A stretch of DNA of 64,000 nucleotides from Bdellovibrionota bacterium (GCA_965207455.1 CBDBMJ010000001.1:800001-864000), one strand, 5' to 3'; shown: positions 41,143 through 53,948, counted from the stretch's first letter. The notes: generated from the letters alone by a model not told the origin. Translations and numbers: made by a program.

Positions 41143-42201
41143 CTAAGAATACCACCGATCCCGGTCCGGATCCCATTCATCCCAAGTGGGAATTTCTTTT
41201 AATTTGGTTTGCAAATTTTTTGGAACAATTCCAGGAACAATAAAAGCCTTTTGACGATGCAAAGGATAGGGATTGCGAAGTTCTATTCCTAGCGTACCTA
41301 AAATAGCACGGGCAATATACCATGTGGCTTGTGAGTTCCAACCATGGGCTACCTTAATAACAATACCCAAACCATTCTTATAATCTTTGTGCTCAATAGC
41401 AAGACCAAGCAAACCATCGGCTCCTTCTTTAGCAATGGCCGTTCCTCCAGCAGATTTAATCACTGTGGTGTCCAAACGATTAAAGCCCCCCACTAAATCA
41501 GGCTCTCGTACCATGCTTTCCCAAATCCAATCCTCGTGACGGTTCTTTGCTAACTTAGCATAACATTGTGCTAATTCTTTTACAGTCATGGAGACTGTGG
41601 GCAGACCATCTCCATCTCTAGCCACCCTCAGAGGTTTCCAAGTGGAACCTAACTGCTCTTTCAATAATTCTTGGTATTTATCAAAAATAGTATGGGAGGG
41701 TAATGTATAGCCTGCCCGATTCCAGCCCTTTAGACGACACCCTGCCAGTATAGCAGCATGATGGCCAGAGGAATTATTAAACCAGCGACGATTTCTCCGC
41801 ACCTGCCTACCAAACTGTATAAGAGGAATATCTAAAGGTGTTTGCATCAATCCCCATTCCTCTTCACTTAAAATAGACTGTGCCATCTCTATATGTTCCG
41901 CAGAACCATTATGGCTAGCAACACTAATGGCTTTTTGTTTCCAGCTCAATTTACTATCCAAGACATCGGTAAACAGTTTCATGTAGAAAAGTTTCATCAT
42001 ACTTCGTCCATAACAAAGTACGTCTCCTCCAAAGGAATGGATAAGTTTATCATTGGAATAAAAAGCCACTGCTCCATGAACTGTATTTTCACTAATATCG
42101 TTGCGACGATAATCCACCAAAGGCTCCCAACTCACATCCCTTCCCGTGGGGATATTCTTGTGAGATTCTCCCAAAGGATTGTTGGGAAATACCTTAGTCA
42201 T
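41143..42201 (-). CDS. Asparaginase II (Rhizobium-type) family hydrolase with atypical metal site
   Basis: RSMMK, ASHNG, NNSSGHH, DGDGLP and KEGADG align by eye with family motifs RSxxK, SH, NCSGKH, DGC and KxGADG. Confidence 0.75.
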   Translation of the reverse strand: MTKVFPNNPLGESHKNIPTGRDVSWEPLVDYRRNDISENTVHGAVAFYSNDKLIHSFGGDVLCYGRSMMKLFYMKLFTDVLDSKLSWKQKAISVASHNGSAEHIEMAQSILSEEEWGLMQTPLDIPLIQFGRQVRRNRRWFNNSSGHHAAILAGCRLKGWNRAGYTLPSHTIFDKYQELLKEQLGSTWKPLRVARDGDGLPTVSMTVKELAQCYAKLAKNRHEDWIWESMVREPDLVGGFNRLDTTVIKSAGGTAIAKEGADGLLGLAIEHKDYKNGLGIVIKVAHGWNSQATWYIARAILGTLGIELRNPYPLHRQKAFIVPGIVPKNLQTKLKEIPTWDEWDPDRDRWYS

Positions 42202-43174
42202 ACTCGTCCGAAGTGTCTAGAACATTACGTTCCCCATGGTATGTGTCTGGATCTTCTTCATCAAATTCCAAATCTCTAGCTTTTGTTGATGAAGGCTTCA
42301 AAGATACCACAGCGGAACCCGTACCATAAACAGGTTCATAGGCAAGAACTTTACCTGTATACCAATTATGGGCACCAGAAATAGAGGCTAACCACCAAAA
42401 CGGCTTAAAGTTCCCCACTTTCTTCACTCTAGCCTCTCTATGTATTTGCCTTGATAACTGCTCCACATCCTCCAAACGCCCCTTGCCCAATAATTCCAAA
42501 ATTTTCTGGTTCCATTCTTCATCTTTTAACGAATGAATTTTATCCTCACTGGGCTCAATAAAATCCTTATGCAAGCGATTGGATAAAGTGGAAACAATCA
42601 CCGCAACTGCTCGCTTATTGGATTGCTTTAAAGCATCTACAGCAGCCTTACCTAAAACCACTGTCTCAGCCCTATCCGCATAAACATTGCTGGAAACAAT
42701 CACTGCAGGCAAACGATTGTTAGGATTGATTAACTGGAGAGCCACAATAGAACCGGTATCGATGGGAAAACCTTTATAATTTACAGTGCGAGAATGGAGA
42801 CCACGACTCTTACAAGCTCTATCATAGGCTTGGGCAAAATCAGAGTCCATTCTTAATTTATAGGGGATGGAACCTAAATCATGGAACTGCTCATCCACAT
42901 GTACCCACTCTGGCATCGGGTCCGCTTGAATTTGATGACCAATCACACTGGGCCACATAGTGCTGTAAATAATAATAAGATCCACTTCTGGAAGCTCACG
43001 AATCTCTGCTTCTACTTTCTGAAAAGCATCTCGTACTCGTCCCCAACCAGGATTTTTTTCTGGACATAATAGGGGATGGGGCAATCCGGGCAATACATAG
43101 GAAGCCACAATGGGGTTTTCCACTATTTCTTTCTGATCCTTGATTGGTTTATTTATTTTCATAGTCTTATCCAT
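42194..43174 (-). CDS. amnA: 2-aminophenol 1,6-dioxygenase alpha subunit-like (LigB family)
   Basis: VASYVLPGLPHP.L.PE, YSTMW..V, GFPIDTG. Start codon uncertain (43162, 43174 or 43183). Confidence 0.72.
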   Translation of the reverse strand: MDKTMKINKPIKDQKEIVENPIVASYVLPGLPHPLLCPEKNPGWGRVRDAFQKVEAEIRELPEVDLIIIYSTMWPSVIGHQIQADPMPEWVHVDEQFHDLGSIPYKLRMDSDFAQAYDRACKSRGLHSRTVNYKGFPIDTGSIVALQLINPNNRLPAVIVSSNVYADRAETVVLGKAAVDALKQSNKRAVAVIVSTLSNRLHKDFIEPSEDKIHSLKDEEWNQKILELLGKGRLEDVEQLSRQIHREARVKKVGNFKPFWWLASISGAHNWYTGKVLAYEPVYGTGSAVVSLKPSSTKARDLEFDEEDPDTYHGERNVLDTSDEYD

Positions 43175-44063
43175 TTTTTTCATGCGACCATTCCACAATA
43201 GCATTACCCGTACCAATAACGGTGCCATACCCGTATACCTCTGCTGAATAACGGGGAAGACCTAGGGCAGACAACATCCAAGTTAAAGCCCCTGAATCCG
43301 TTTCTCCCATGGTTTGCTCCGTAAAGTCGGGAATGATGTCGATAATTTCCTTAGTCTTTCCCTGCTTCATCATCTCTATCATTTTCATATCCCAAATATA
43401 TTGGTGGTGATTATAAATATGTTCCCTGCTCATATCCTCTGGTACCTCTGCCTCTGTGGTAAAGTGTCGATGGGATAGGGAATTACTTGCCAACAAAACA
43501 GCTCGTTTTCCCGTACTCTCTATAGCTACACGAGTGGCTTCACCTAAATCCATCATAAGATTTTGCATATAATCCACACTGAAATAAGAGGAAGCTCGAT
43601 TAGAAGAAATGGATACAATGGGCTTATCCCAAGAAGGATTTAGCATGTGACAGGAAACAATGGTTCCATAATCCACTCGAAAATCAGGATTACGCATCAT
43701 CTTTGTGGTCAAATTTCTTGCCTTAGCCTCCCCATGTATTGCTTCCCCTAAATCCACATCCACTGTTAAATCATAGTGAAAACGGAAAAGATTGGGAAAA
43801 ATCGGGTCCACCGATAAGGATTTAAAACTGGGAACACCTAAAATATGGGTGCCCACGTATGTCTGCCAATGGGGGGAAAGTACCACCAATACATCATAGT
43901 CCTTGGAGGATAAACTCTTTCGAGCCCCTTCATAAGCCCAGCGTAATGTCTCCCAACCACATTCTGCCACGGGTTCATTTTGCTCTGGATTTTCTCCATA
44001 CACAAGGTGAGGGGGATGGGGTGCTAAAAACCCAGCTACAATCTTTCCTACAGCCACAGTCAA
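43167..44063 (-). CDS. amnB: 2-aminophenol 1,6-dioxygenase beta (catalytic) subunit-like
   Basis: AGFLAPHPPHLVYGENP.QNEP...GWE.LRWAYE, SPHW, FRVDYGT, LSH. GE metal ligand retained. Confidence 0.85.
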   Translation of the reverse strand: MTVAVGKIVAGFLAPHPPHLVYGENPEQNEPVAECGWETLRWAYEGARKSLSSKDYDVLVVLSPHWQTYVGTHILGVPSFKSLSVDPIFPNLFRFHYDLTVDVDLGEAIHGEAKARNLTTKMMRNPDFRVDYGTIVSCHMLNPSWDKPIVSISSNRASSYFSVDYMQNLMMDLGEATRVAIESTGKRAVLLASNSLSHRHFTTEAEVPEDMSREHIYNHHQYIWDMKMIEMMKQGKTKEIIDIIPDFTEQTMGETDSGALTWMLSALGLPRYSAEVYGYGTVIGTGNAIVEWSHEKNG

Positions 44064-44168
44064 TATCCTTTCTCCTCTACTATTAGCACATTTTAAAGAA
44101 CAAAGGAACCCAGCCCATAACTCCTTTATCCATTGACTTTCCCAAGATTTTTACATACCGTAATGCCC

Positions 44169-44642
44169 ATGGAAGATATTTTTTTCATGGAAAAAGCCAT
44201 CTGTCTTGCCAAGCTAGAGGCAGGAGAAGTGCCCGTGGGGGCTATTATCGTTCATAATAATAAGATCATTGCTCAAGCACATAATCAAAAGGAAATAGGG
44301 AAAAACCCCCTCCTCCACGCAGAAATGATAGCCATCAACCAAGCAGCCCAACAGCGAAAACAATGGCGGCTTTTAGATTGTACCCTCTATGTAACCCTTG
44401 AACCCTGCCCCATGTGCATGGGAGCAATTATACAAAGTCGCATTCCACGATTGGTCTATGGATGCAAGGATCCCAAGGGTGGAGCCGACTCCCTTTACCA
44501 ACTTTCTTCCGACACTCGACTCAACCACCAACCCCAGGTACAAAGCGGAGTACTGGAAGAACAGTGCGGAAAACTATTAAGTAATTTTTTTCATAACCGA
44601 CGAAAAGAACGAAAAAACCTATCCCCCATGGGTGCTCCATGA
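44169..44642 (+). CDS. tadA: tRNA adenosine(34) deaminase
   Basis: [28 protein letters not shown]. Confidence 0.92.
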   Translation: MEDIFFMEKAICLAKLEAGEVPVGAIIVHNNKIIAQAHNQKEIGKNPLLHAEMIAINQAAQQRKQWRLLDCTLYVTLEPCPMCMGAIIQSRIPRLVYGCKDPKGGADSLYQLSSDTRLNHQPQVQSGVLEEQCGKLLSNFFHNRRKERKNLSPMGAP

Positions 44643-45331
44643 AATACCATAAACTCGTACTCCTTCGACATGGAGAAAGCAAATGGAACCAAAGCAATCA
44701 GTTTACAGGTTGGCGGGATATAGGTTTAAGCGAAAAAGGTAGGGAAGAGGCAAGTAAGGCAGGAGAGTTATTGAAATCTAGAGCCTATCATTTTGATAAA
44801 GCCTACACTTCTCTCTTGAGTCGAGCCCAACACACTCTGGATATTGTTATCAGTAAACTGGATCAAAACTCCCTACCCATAGAAAAATCTTGGAAACTTA
44901 ACGAACGCCATTATGGTGCGCTCCAAGGACTCAATAAAAAAGAAACTATGGAAAAGTATGGAGAAGAACAAGTCTTTCTATGGAGGCGAAGCTACCATAC
45001 CCCTCCCCCACCTTTGGATAGAAAAGATCCCACCCACCCCATGCATGATGAATTGTATAAAGACATTCCACCTGAAATTCTTCCCGATGGGGAGAGTTTG
45101 GAAAATACGATAGCGCGAGTGATTCCCTACTGGGAGTCCACTATTGCTCCCACAATCAAAAAAGGAGAAACAGTGCTGATAGTGGCACATGGAAATAGCC
45201 TTAGAGCACTTATAAAACATTTAGATAAAGTTTCTAACGAAGAGATTTCTCAATTGGAAATCCCAACAGGAATACCTCAATTGTACGAACTGGATGAAAA
45301 TCTCCAACCACGCCAAAGGAGGGAGGCATGA
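44639..45331 (+). CDS. gpmA: 2,3-BPG-dependent phosphoglycerate mutase
   Basis: LRHGES.WN..N.FTGW, LNERHYG.LQG, AHGNSLR. Confidence 0.95.
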   Translation: MKYHKLVLLRHGESKWNQSNQFTGWRDIGLSEKGREEASKAGELLKSRAYHFDKAYTSLLSRAQHTLDIVISKLDQNSLPIEKSWKLNERHYGALQGLNKKETMEKYGEEQVFLWRRSYHTPPPPLDRKDPTHPMHDELYKDIPPEILPDGESLENTIARVIPYWESTIAPTIKKGETVLIVAHGNSLRALIKHLDKVSNEEISQLEIPTGIPQLYELDENLQPRQRREA

Positions 45332-46146
45332 AAAATAATTTTTCCATCACCATCCCCATCAGTATTTTTATAACGATAATGGCTATCGTTTACCAGCGAA
45401 GCACGGGGCCCACATACCCTAAAAAAATAACTCTATCTATTGGAGAACAAAATCTATCTATCCCGTTTCCCCGCAGTCAAGGTGGACCCTTGGGCGCGGA
45501 AATCATACTCCCCCTCCTAGCTCCCGATATGCAAGCCACCCTTCATTATAAGCGCTACCCAAGCCAAGACTCTTGGGCAAGCACCCCCTTTCAAATAAAA
45601 AATAAACAACTAATTGCATCCCTACCCCACCAACCACCTGCTGGAAAAATGCAATACTATGTGGAGGTGGAACACGAGGGGAGAAAACAATTTTTACCCA
45701 AGCCAGAGGATCCACTCCTACTACGCTATAAGGGAAATGTACCGGCTTGGATACTCATTCCCCATATTTTATTTATGTTTTTTGCTATGTTCTTGTCCAG
45801 CCTCGCCGGAATGGAAGCTTTATACAAAACAAAAAAAACCTTTCCTCTGGTATGCATAACCACTACATGCCTTATTCTGGGAGGAATAGTACTGGGCCCT
45901 CTTGTTCAAAAATACGCTTTCGGCGTATACTGGGCAGGTTTTCCTTACGACTATGACCTCACCGATAACAAACTTCTAATTGGTGTGATCTTTTGGATAG
46001 TAGCCTTATTAACAAATTGGAAAAAATTTCGTCCTCAATTTATCCTGCTTGCCGCAATTGTACTTTTAATTGTATATTCCATACCTCACAGCATGATGGG
46101 TTCCCAGTTCAACTACGAAAAGAATCAATTGGAAACACAAAGATAG
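45328..46146 (+). CDS. Conserved hypothetical membrane protein
   Basis: YQR.TGPTYP, QPPAGK and DLTDNK motifs with several TM helices. Confidence 0.75.
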   Translation: MKNNFSITIPISIFITIMAIVYQRSTGPTYPKKITLSIGEQNLSIPFPRSQGGPLGAEIILPLLAPDMQATLHYKRYPSQDSWASTPFQIKNKQLIASLPHQPPAGKMQYYVEVEHEGRKQFLPKPEDPLLLRYKGNVPAWILIPHILFMFFAMFLSSLAGMEALYKTKKTFPLVCITTTCLILGGIVLGPLVQKYAFGVYWAGFPYDYDLTDNKLLIGVIFWIVALLTNWKKFRPQFILLAAIVLLIVYSIPHSMMGSQFNYEKNQLETQR

Positions 46147-46147
46147 T

Positions 46148-46648
46148 TTATTTTTTTATTTTTACACCAGCGCCCTGATCATAGACTAATAAAGCCCCAT
46201 AGTGCACACTTTCCACAAGAGATATGCATCCAATAAGAAATAAAATTCCTATGCATCTTTGGAACCAGCGCTCCTGGCGTATGGAAATTTTCAGTCTACT
46301 TGATTTAAAAAATAGAATGAAATCTAAGAATAAAATGCCTAAAAAAATATAAAGTGTGCGATAGGAGCTATCTTCATGGTCATATAAAACCGTAATGTCA
46401 TCTAAACTAGACTTCACTTTTTCTACAGCAATATCTCCAGTGAAAAAAGTAATTCCTAAGAAGACAATTCCTCCGATTAAAAAAATTTGAGAATTGAGAA
46501 AGAAAAAATCTTTCCATTTCTTTTTACTCTCAGCAATGCAAAAAAGAGAAAGCCAACGGAAAACCGCACTCAATACCAATATAGCAATAGGAAAGTGGGC
46601 TAACAATGGATGGAGCAATTCTTCACGCGAGAGCATAGACCAAGACAT
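46148..46648 (-). CDS. DUF2231-like membrane protein
   Basis: HPLLAHFPIA ... YGA.LVY..GAGV, four TM helices. Start uncertain. Confidence 0.75.
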   Translation of the reverse strand: MSWSMLSREELLHPLLAHFPIAILVLSAVFRWLSLFCIAESKKKWKDFFFLNSQIFLIGGIVFLGITFFTGDIAVEKVKSSLDDITVLYDHEDSSYRTLYIFLGILFLDFILFFKSSRLKISIRQERWFQRCIGILFLIGCISLVESVHYGALLVYDQGAGVKIKK

Positions 46649-46732
46649 GGAATCAACATACCATGTCAAACCCAAAAGGCAAGTCCGTCGTAGAAAAGAC
46701 TGTAGTTTTTTGTTATCCTTTCAACCTAGACT

Positions 46733-48082
46733 ATGGAAAAAACTCTACACACACCTGATCCACCTGCTCTTCCAAAAGCCACTGCTTTTACAGGACTTTC
46801 TCTTCTGTCTACTAACTTGAAAATGGAAAATGCCACGCTTGTGATTCGAGGAAAGACCATAGAGTATATCGGGGAAACACCCAGGCATGGCTGGAAAAAA
46901 GAATCCCCCTATGGAGAGGACACTCTTTGCATTGATGCTAGGGGCTTTCTTGTGACCCCCGGCTTTATTAATGCCCACACTCACCTGCCACTGGCCTACT
47001 TACGAGATAGGGCCCATGACAGGGCCGATATGATTGAAACTGTTTTCTTTGCGACAGAAAAAAATTTAAGCCCAGAACTCATGAAGCCTCTATCCTATAG
47101 TTCCATCTACGACGGTCTACTTAGTGGTGTTACCTGTTTTGTGGATCATTATTTTTATATCGACGGTATCATTGGAGCCCTTAAAGAGTTTGGACTCAAG
47201 GGAGTGGTGGGAGAATCTCTTGCCGACCAAGCGAAATCCTTTCCCAACCGAACCACATGGAAAGAAGCAAAAAACACAATAGAGAACTGGCCCCACGGAG
47301 AGGACTTTCCGCCCATTGTAGCTCCCCATGCAAGCAACACAGTTTCCAAAGAGCAGCTTACGGATATGGCAAATTTTGCTCGACAACATTCCCTTCCCCT
47401 CCACTACCACCTTTCCCAAACAGCCAAAGAATATGAAGAAGTGGTAGAACTTCATGGCATCTCTCCCGTAGAACTGGCCAAACAATGTGGAGCATTGGGA
47501 GAGCATAGTTTAGTGGTTCATTTAACAAGTGCGAGTGAAAAAGATTTGGACCATATTCAAGAGAGTGGAGCCACAATAGGATTTTGCCCCACTTCACAAA
47601 TTATCTATGAGAAGTTAGCTCCCATAAAAAATATATGGGATCGTTCTATCCCCTTGGCTCTAGGCAACGACTGTTCTGCCTCCAATGATTCCATGAATAT
47701 CCTACAGGAAATGAAAATTGCTGCTCTACTTATAAAGGATAGACTAGGCACAAAAAATATGAAAACTATTGCAGAAAAAGTGTTTTCCATGGTGACTGAT
47801 GAGCCTGCACGCTGCCTCAATCTTCCTAAATTAGGCAAGCTCGCTGTGGGCAGTAGTGCCGATATTGTGTTCTTTCAAAACGACCTCTCCAATCAACCCA
47901 TTGTCAATCCATTAACTAATATGTTATTTAGTATGAGTTCTAGGGATGTAAAGCATGTTATGGTAAATGGAAGGTGGGTTCTTTGGAACCAAAACCCAAC
48001 GTTAGTAAATAAAGAGAGTTTACACAGTGATTATATGAATGCAGTTTCTGAAATAAAAAAACGTTCTTCCTTAACCCCATAG
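46733..48082 (+). CDS. MtaD/SsnA-like amidohydrolase (cog0402 deaminase family)
   Basis: PGFINAHTH, APH, HYHLSQ, VH, LGND, G.SADIV, V.HVMVNG. Confidence 0.85.
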   Translation: MEKTLHTPDPPALPKATAFTGLSLLSTNLKMENATLVIRGKTIEYIGETPRHGWKKESPYGEDTLCIDARGFLVTPGFINAHTHLPLAYLRDRAHDRADMIETVFFATEKNLSPELMKPLSYSSIYDGLLSGVTCFVDHYFYIDGIIGALKEFGLKGVVGESLADQAKSFPNRTTWKEAKNTIENWPHGEDFPPIVAPHASNTVSKEQLTDMANFARQHSLPLHYHLSQTAKEYEEVVELHGISPVELAKQCGALGEHSLVVHLTSASEKDLDHIQESGATIGFCPTSQIIYEKLAPIKNIWDRSIPLALGNDCSASNDSMNILQEMKIAALLIKDRLGTKNMKTIAEKVFSMVTDEPARCLNLPKLGKLAVGSSADIVFFQNDLSNQPIVNPLTNMLFSMSSRDVKHVMVNGRWVLWNQNPTLVNKESLHSDYMNAVSEIKKRSSLTP

Positions 48083-48098
48083 CGATGGAGATATTATA

Positions 48099-49636
<1,538 letters not shown>

Positions 49637-49642
49637 AATTAT

Positions 49643-50089
49643 TTAAATTTTATATATAGCCTCTACCATATCTTTAATTTTATCCCCAATATACCTGTCA
49701 ATATCCAGTTCCTTCTGTTGGTCCAAATAATATACTAGTACTTTTTTCTCCCTATTATAGTTCACACGTTCCACCTTTTCTTTATCTGTAATAACTTCAA
49801 TCGTAATTTTTTCTGGTATACTATGGACAGCTATGGAATATGGGCCCAGCATAAGCTCTGCTCTATCTTTTTCTTTAAAAAATTCTACACTTTCGCGAAA
49901 CTGAGGAAATAAAATATCTCGTCCCTCTTCCAAAATCGCTCCCATTCTCTTAGATCCCTCTAGGATAGCCCGGTGGATCCGTTGGTACTCCAAGCTCTCA
50001 TTTTTTTGAGCTTGCACAATTTCTTCTTTTTTCTTTATGATGATATCCTGAATACCTGAACGCCAATCCTCTTTTATCATGGAAGACAC
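49643..50089 (-). CDS. Hypothetical protein
   Basis: 148-aa ORF, GTG start after a G-rich SD. No motif recognised. Confidence 0.65.
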   Translation of the reverse strand: MSSMIKEDWRSGIQDIIIKKKEEIVQAQKNESLEYQRIHRAILEGSKRMGAILEEGRDILFPQFRESVEFFKEKDRAELMLGPYSIAVHSIPEKITIEVITDKEKVERVNYNREKKVLVYYLDQQKELDIDRYIGDKIKDMVEAIYKI

Positions 50090-50215
50090 CCCCTAACGCA
50101 GCACAATAATTTTATTTTTCCTATTCTTTAATACTAACATTTTCATCTTATTTTTGAAATATTCCCATCAAAAATAACTAGGCACTCTGACTCTAATTAT
50201 GGTATTCCCAAAAGC

Positions 50216-51880
50216 ATGAATGAAAAAATAATCTACTCAATGGTCGGAGTAAATAAGATACTCCCTAACGGAAAACAAATTATTAAGGACATTTCCCTAT
50301 CCTATTTTTATGGCGCTAAGATTGGTGTGCTGGGTTTAAACGGTTCGGGAAAAAGTACTTTATTAAAAATTATGGCAGGGCAAGATACTACCTTTAACGG
50401 AGAAGCTCATCTCAACGGAAAATATACCATTGGTTATTTAGAGCAGGAACCGCAACTCACACCAGGAAAAACTGTGCGAGAAATAGTGGAAGAAGGTGTA
50501 CCTGAAACCATGAGGCTCCTTAAAAAATTTGAAGAAATCAATGCAAAGTTTGCCGATGAAACACAGGATATGGAAAAACTTTTGGAGGATCAGGCCACTG
50601 TTCAGGAGAAGTTGGAAAAACTAGATGCCTGGTCCCTAGATGATAAACTGAATTTTGCTATGAACTCTTTACGATGCCCAGCACCTGATCAGAAAATTGA
50701 CTTTATTTCTGGAGGAGAACGTAGGCGTGTAGCCCTATGTCGTCTCTTGATACAAGACCCCAGCATTCTTCTCCTAGATGAACCCACAAACCATTTGGAC
50801 GCACAATCGGTACAATGGTTAGAAAAATACCTGCAAGACTATAAAGGCACTGTAATTGCTGTAACCCACGATCGTTATTTTTTAGATAATGTGGCTGGCT
50901 GGATTTTAGAGCTGGACCGAGGTCACGGTATTCCTTGGAAGGGAAATTATTCTTCTTGGTTAGAACAAAAGGAAAAACGGCTTTCCAATGAAGCAAAAGC
51001 AGATAGTAAGCAAAAAAAGATTCTACAACGGGAGTTGGAGTGGATACAGCTCACCCCGAGTGCCCGTAATAAAAAAAATAAAGCAAGAATACATGCGTAT
51101 ACCGAAATAGCCAATGAAGCCGTGGATCGTGCCTCTCAGGAGCTACAAATCTATATTCCTCCAGGACCACGCCTAGGAAATGTTGTGCTGGAAGCAAAAG
51201 ACCTCTCCATGGCTTATGAAGATAAGTTACTCTATGAAAATCTCAATTTCACTCTGCCAAGAGGTGGAATCATGGGCATAGTGGGACCCAACGGAGCAGG
51301 AAAAACCACACTCTTTAAATTACTTATGGGTCAGATCAGCCCACTATCGGGAAGTATTCATCTGGGAGAAACTGTAAAGATGGCCTATATGGAGCAGTCC
51401 AGAGAAGCCCTAGATAAAGATAAAACGGTATGGGAGGTGGTCTCTGAGGGTCAGGAAACTATTTTGCTAAACAAGCACGAGGTTAATTCCAGGGCCTACC
51501 TATCTCGCTTTAATATTAGCGGTCATGATCAGCAAAAAAAAATGGGCACTCTTTCCGGGGGAGAACGAAACCGTGTGCAAATGGCTCTCTTATTAAAATC
51601 CAACAGTAACCTTCTCCTAATGGACGAACCCACTAATGATTTGGATGTGCACACCCTACGAGCCCTAGAGGAAGCGCTCATAAACTATGCTGGCTGTGCC
51701 GTTATTATCAGTCACGACCGCTGGTTTCTCGACCGGGTAGCCACCCATATCCTTTCTTTTGAGGGAGACAGTAAAGCTGTAATGATAGAGGGAAATTATT
51801 CAGACTACTACAAAGATTTGATGCGCCGCTGTGGGGAGCAAACCCTAAAGCCCATCAATTACGCCAAAATTAAACGGTAA
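50216..51880 (+). CDS. ettA: Energy-dependent translational throttle protein (ABC-F)
   Basis: GAKIGVLGLNGSGKST, SGGERRRVALCRLL, GNYSSWLEQK, IPPGPRLG, two ABC domains. Confidence 0.95.
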   Translation: MNEKIIYSMVGVNKILPNGKQIIKDISLSYFYGAKIGVLGLNGSGKSTLLKIMAGQDTTFNGEAHLNGKYTIGYLEQEPQLTPGKTVREIVEEGVPETMRLLKKFEEINAKFADETQDMEKLLEDQATVQEKLEKLDAWSLDDKLNFAMNSLRCPAPDQKIDFISGGERRRVALCRLLIQDPSILLLDEPTNHLDAQSVQWLEKYLQDYKGTVIAVTHDRYFLDNVAGWILELDRGHGIPWKGNYSSWLEQKEKRLSNEAKADSKQKKILQRELEWIQLTPSARNKKNKARIHAYTEIANEAVDRASQELQIYIPPGPRLGNVVLEAKDLSMAYEDKLLYENLNFTLPRGGIMGIVGPNGAGKTTLFKLLMGQISPLSGSIHLGETVKMAYMEQSREALDKDKTVWEVVSEGQETILLNKHEVNSRAYLSRFNISGHDQQKKMGTLSGGERNRVQMALLLKSNSNLLLMDEPTNDLDVHTLRALEEALINYAGCAVIISHDRWFLDRVATHILSFEGDSKAVMIEGNYSDYYKDLMRRCGEQTLKPINYAKIKR

Positions 51881-51884
51881 ACGC

Positions 51885-52262
51885 TCACACCATTAGTTTT
51901 TTAATCTTTTCCATCAACACCACAGAATCTAAAGGTTTGCTATGAAAATCATTGGCCCCTAGTTGGATTGCCTTTAATACTGAATCCTTATCATTTTCTC
52001 CACTAAAAATAATACAAGGAATTTGTAAGAGGTTTTTATTTTTCTTCCTATATTTTAGAAAATCATATCCTGATTTATTTGGCATATTAATATCCACAAT
52101 AAATAAATTAATTGTATGGCTCCTAATAACTTGCAACCCTAAATCAATGCTTGGCATTCCAAAAAATTTTATACCTTCTTTTTCCAGTAAAAATTTCACT
52201 AGCCGACGAACCTTAGGATCATCGTCTATCAATAAAATATTTCTATTACTTAAATAATCCAT
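51885..52262 (-). CDS. Single-domain response regulator
   Basis: LIDDD, DINMP..SG, KP. Confidence 0.88.
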   Translation of the reverse strand: MDYLSNRNILLIDDDPKVRRLVKFLLEKEGIKFFGMPSIDLGLQVIRSHTINLFIVDINMPNKSGYDFLKYRKKNKNLLQIPCIIFSGENDKDSVLKAIQLGANDFHSKPLDSVVLMEKIKKLMV

Positions 52263-52268
52263 TAAAAC

Positions 52269-53948
52269 TCAAAATCCAGCCTGAATTGTAAACTGAAATA
52301 AATTGTATTTATGATGTCTTTCTTCATGAACACTACTTAATCCTATAGCTGTTGTTCCTTCTATACCTAAGTGCTGTTTATATAATTGTTTTTTAAATCC
52401 AAATCCAATAGAAGTGGCTGTATCTTCAGGTTGAATTTCATCTTCACCATCAAGAACTCTATAATAAGGAAATACAACTCCATATTGAAAAAAAGAATAA
52501 ATTTGAAAACTCGGATCAAAAGCATATTCTGCTTTCACATCTAAAACATATCCTTTATCACCAGAAACCAATCCTGATTGATAAGCCAGATTATTTCTAC
52601 CTCCCAATTGAAATTGTTCTATAATAGGAAAATTTCCATTTTTCCCGCTAAGCTGTCCATTTAAGTTTACAGTAAGATTGATATTATATGCTATTTTTTG
52701 ACGTCTGATTATATCGAATGAATATTTTGTAAACTCACCAATAGTTTTTATATGATTTAATATACTGCTGCTAGTAAATCTTTGTATTTTAAAATCCCCA
52801 AGCCATACTCCACTAAAATCCTGTCTTCCAACGTTAACCCCCAATGAGTGCTTATAAAAAATATTTTTATTTAGTAATTGATTTAATGTAGTATTATTAA
52901 TATTTTGAATATATTCATAGCTAGATTCTATTTTCCAACTTTTATCAACATAAATAGGCTGAATAAACGAACCCGAAACAGCAACAGAACTTCCTGCAAC
53001 ATTTAAAGTTTCAAAAACTCCACCTATAATATCTTGCTCAATTCTTGAATATAATAATTTAATCCGAGTTCCCATATCATTTACAGGCACTTCATAGGAA
53101 GCAAACCCAGAGATAGATCCTGCTGTTTTTGTAATACCTAAACTCAAAAGATCATCAATTCCAAATAAAGCTCTATCTAAAAAAGTAACACCATATCGAA
53201 TAAATCCTGTGCTTTGAGATCCTTTATTATCTAAGTAAACTCCAGCGGAATACCTAGGAATCTCACTTATATTTATTGATATATTTGAAAAGCCTATTTT
53301 TGTTCCTGGACTAAGTTTTGCCACTATAGAAGCACTTTTATTTGTTTTATTAAAATACAATAAATGATTCTCAATATCCTTCAAATTAATAAAGTCTCCC
53401 TCTATAATGGGAAAGGATTCCTTCAAATAACTGGTGGAAGTATATTTATTTCCTTTAAACTTAACAGTTTCCAGCTTACCCTCAACAAGCAATATTTTAA
53501 CAACACCCTTACTTATTTTTTGTGGCGGCAGAATTGCCAGACAAGAAGCCGAACCTTTTTTCTTATATAAATTATTAATATCTAAAACAACCTCCTTCAA
53601 CTCACCAATACTTAACTTTCGCCCTTCATACTGTCTGGTTATATTCCGAATTTCTTTTTTAGACAATATTTTTGATTTAGAAATCATTATTTTCTTTACA
53701 TTAAACTTAATATTATTCAGCAAGCTCTTTTTATCTCCACTTTCCTTACGTTTTTCTTCTTCTATCTTAATTCTCTTTTTTCTCAAATCCCTGTACCGCT
53801 GCTCTCTCTCTAATTTATGTAATTTCTCTAAAATATTTCCAGTGGACAGCTTTCTTTTAATATCATTTAAATCATCTCTAGCCATTACCGAATAGCTACC
53901 AAAAATTAATGTGCAACAGATAAAGTAAAAAATATAAATAAATTTCAT
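52269..53948 (-). CDS. ShlB/FhaC-family two-partner secretion transporter (TpsB)
   Basis: Signal peptide, POTRA motifs (LPPQKI..G.V.I..VEG), DNKGS.STG, EQFQLGG, terminal Phe. Confidence 0.88.
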   Translation of the reverse strand: MKFIYIFYFICCTLIFGSYSVMARDDLNDIKRKLSTGNILEKLHKLEREQRYRDLRKKRIKIEEEKRKESGDKKSLLNNIKFNVKKIMISKSKILSKKEIRNITRQYEGRKLSIGELKEVVLDINNLYKKKGSASCLAILPPQKISKGVVKILLVEGKLETVKFKGNKYTSTSYLKESFPIIEGDFINLKDIENHLLYFNKTNKSASIVAKLSPGTKIGFSNISINISEIPRYSAGVYLDNKGSQSTGFIRYGVTFLDRALFGIDDLLSLGITKTAGSISGFASYEVPVNDMGTRIKLLYSRIEQDIIGGVFETLNVAGSSVAVSGSFIQPIYVDKSWKIESSYEYIQNINNTTLNQLLNKNIFYKHSLGVNVGRQDFSGVWLGDFKIQRFTSSSILNHIKTIGEFTKYSFDIIRRQKIAYNINLTVNLNGQLSGKNGNFPIIEQFQLGGRNNLAYQSGLVSGDKGYVLDVKAEYAFDPSFQIYSFFQYGVVFPYYRVLDGEDEIQPEDTATSIGFGFKKQLYKQHLGIEGTTAIGLSSVHEERHHKYNLFQFTIQAGF

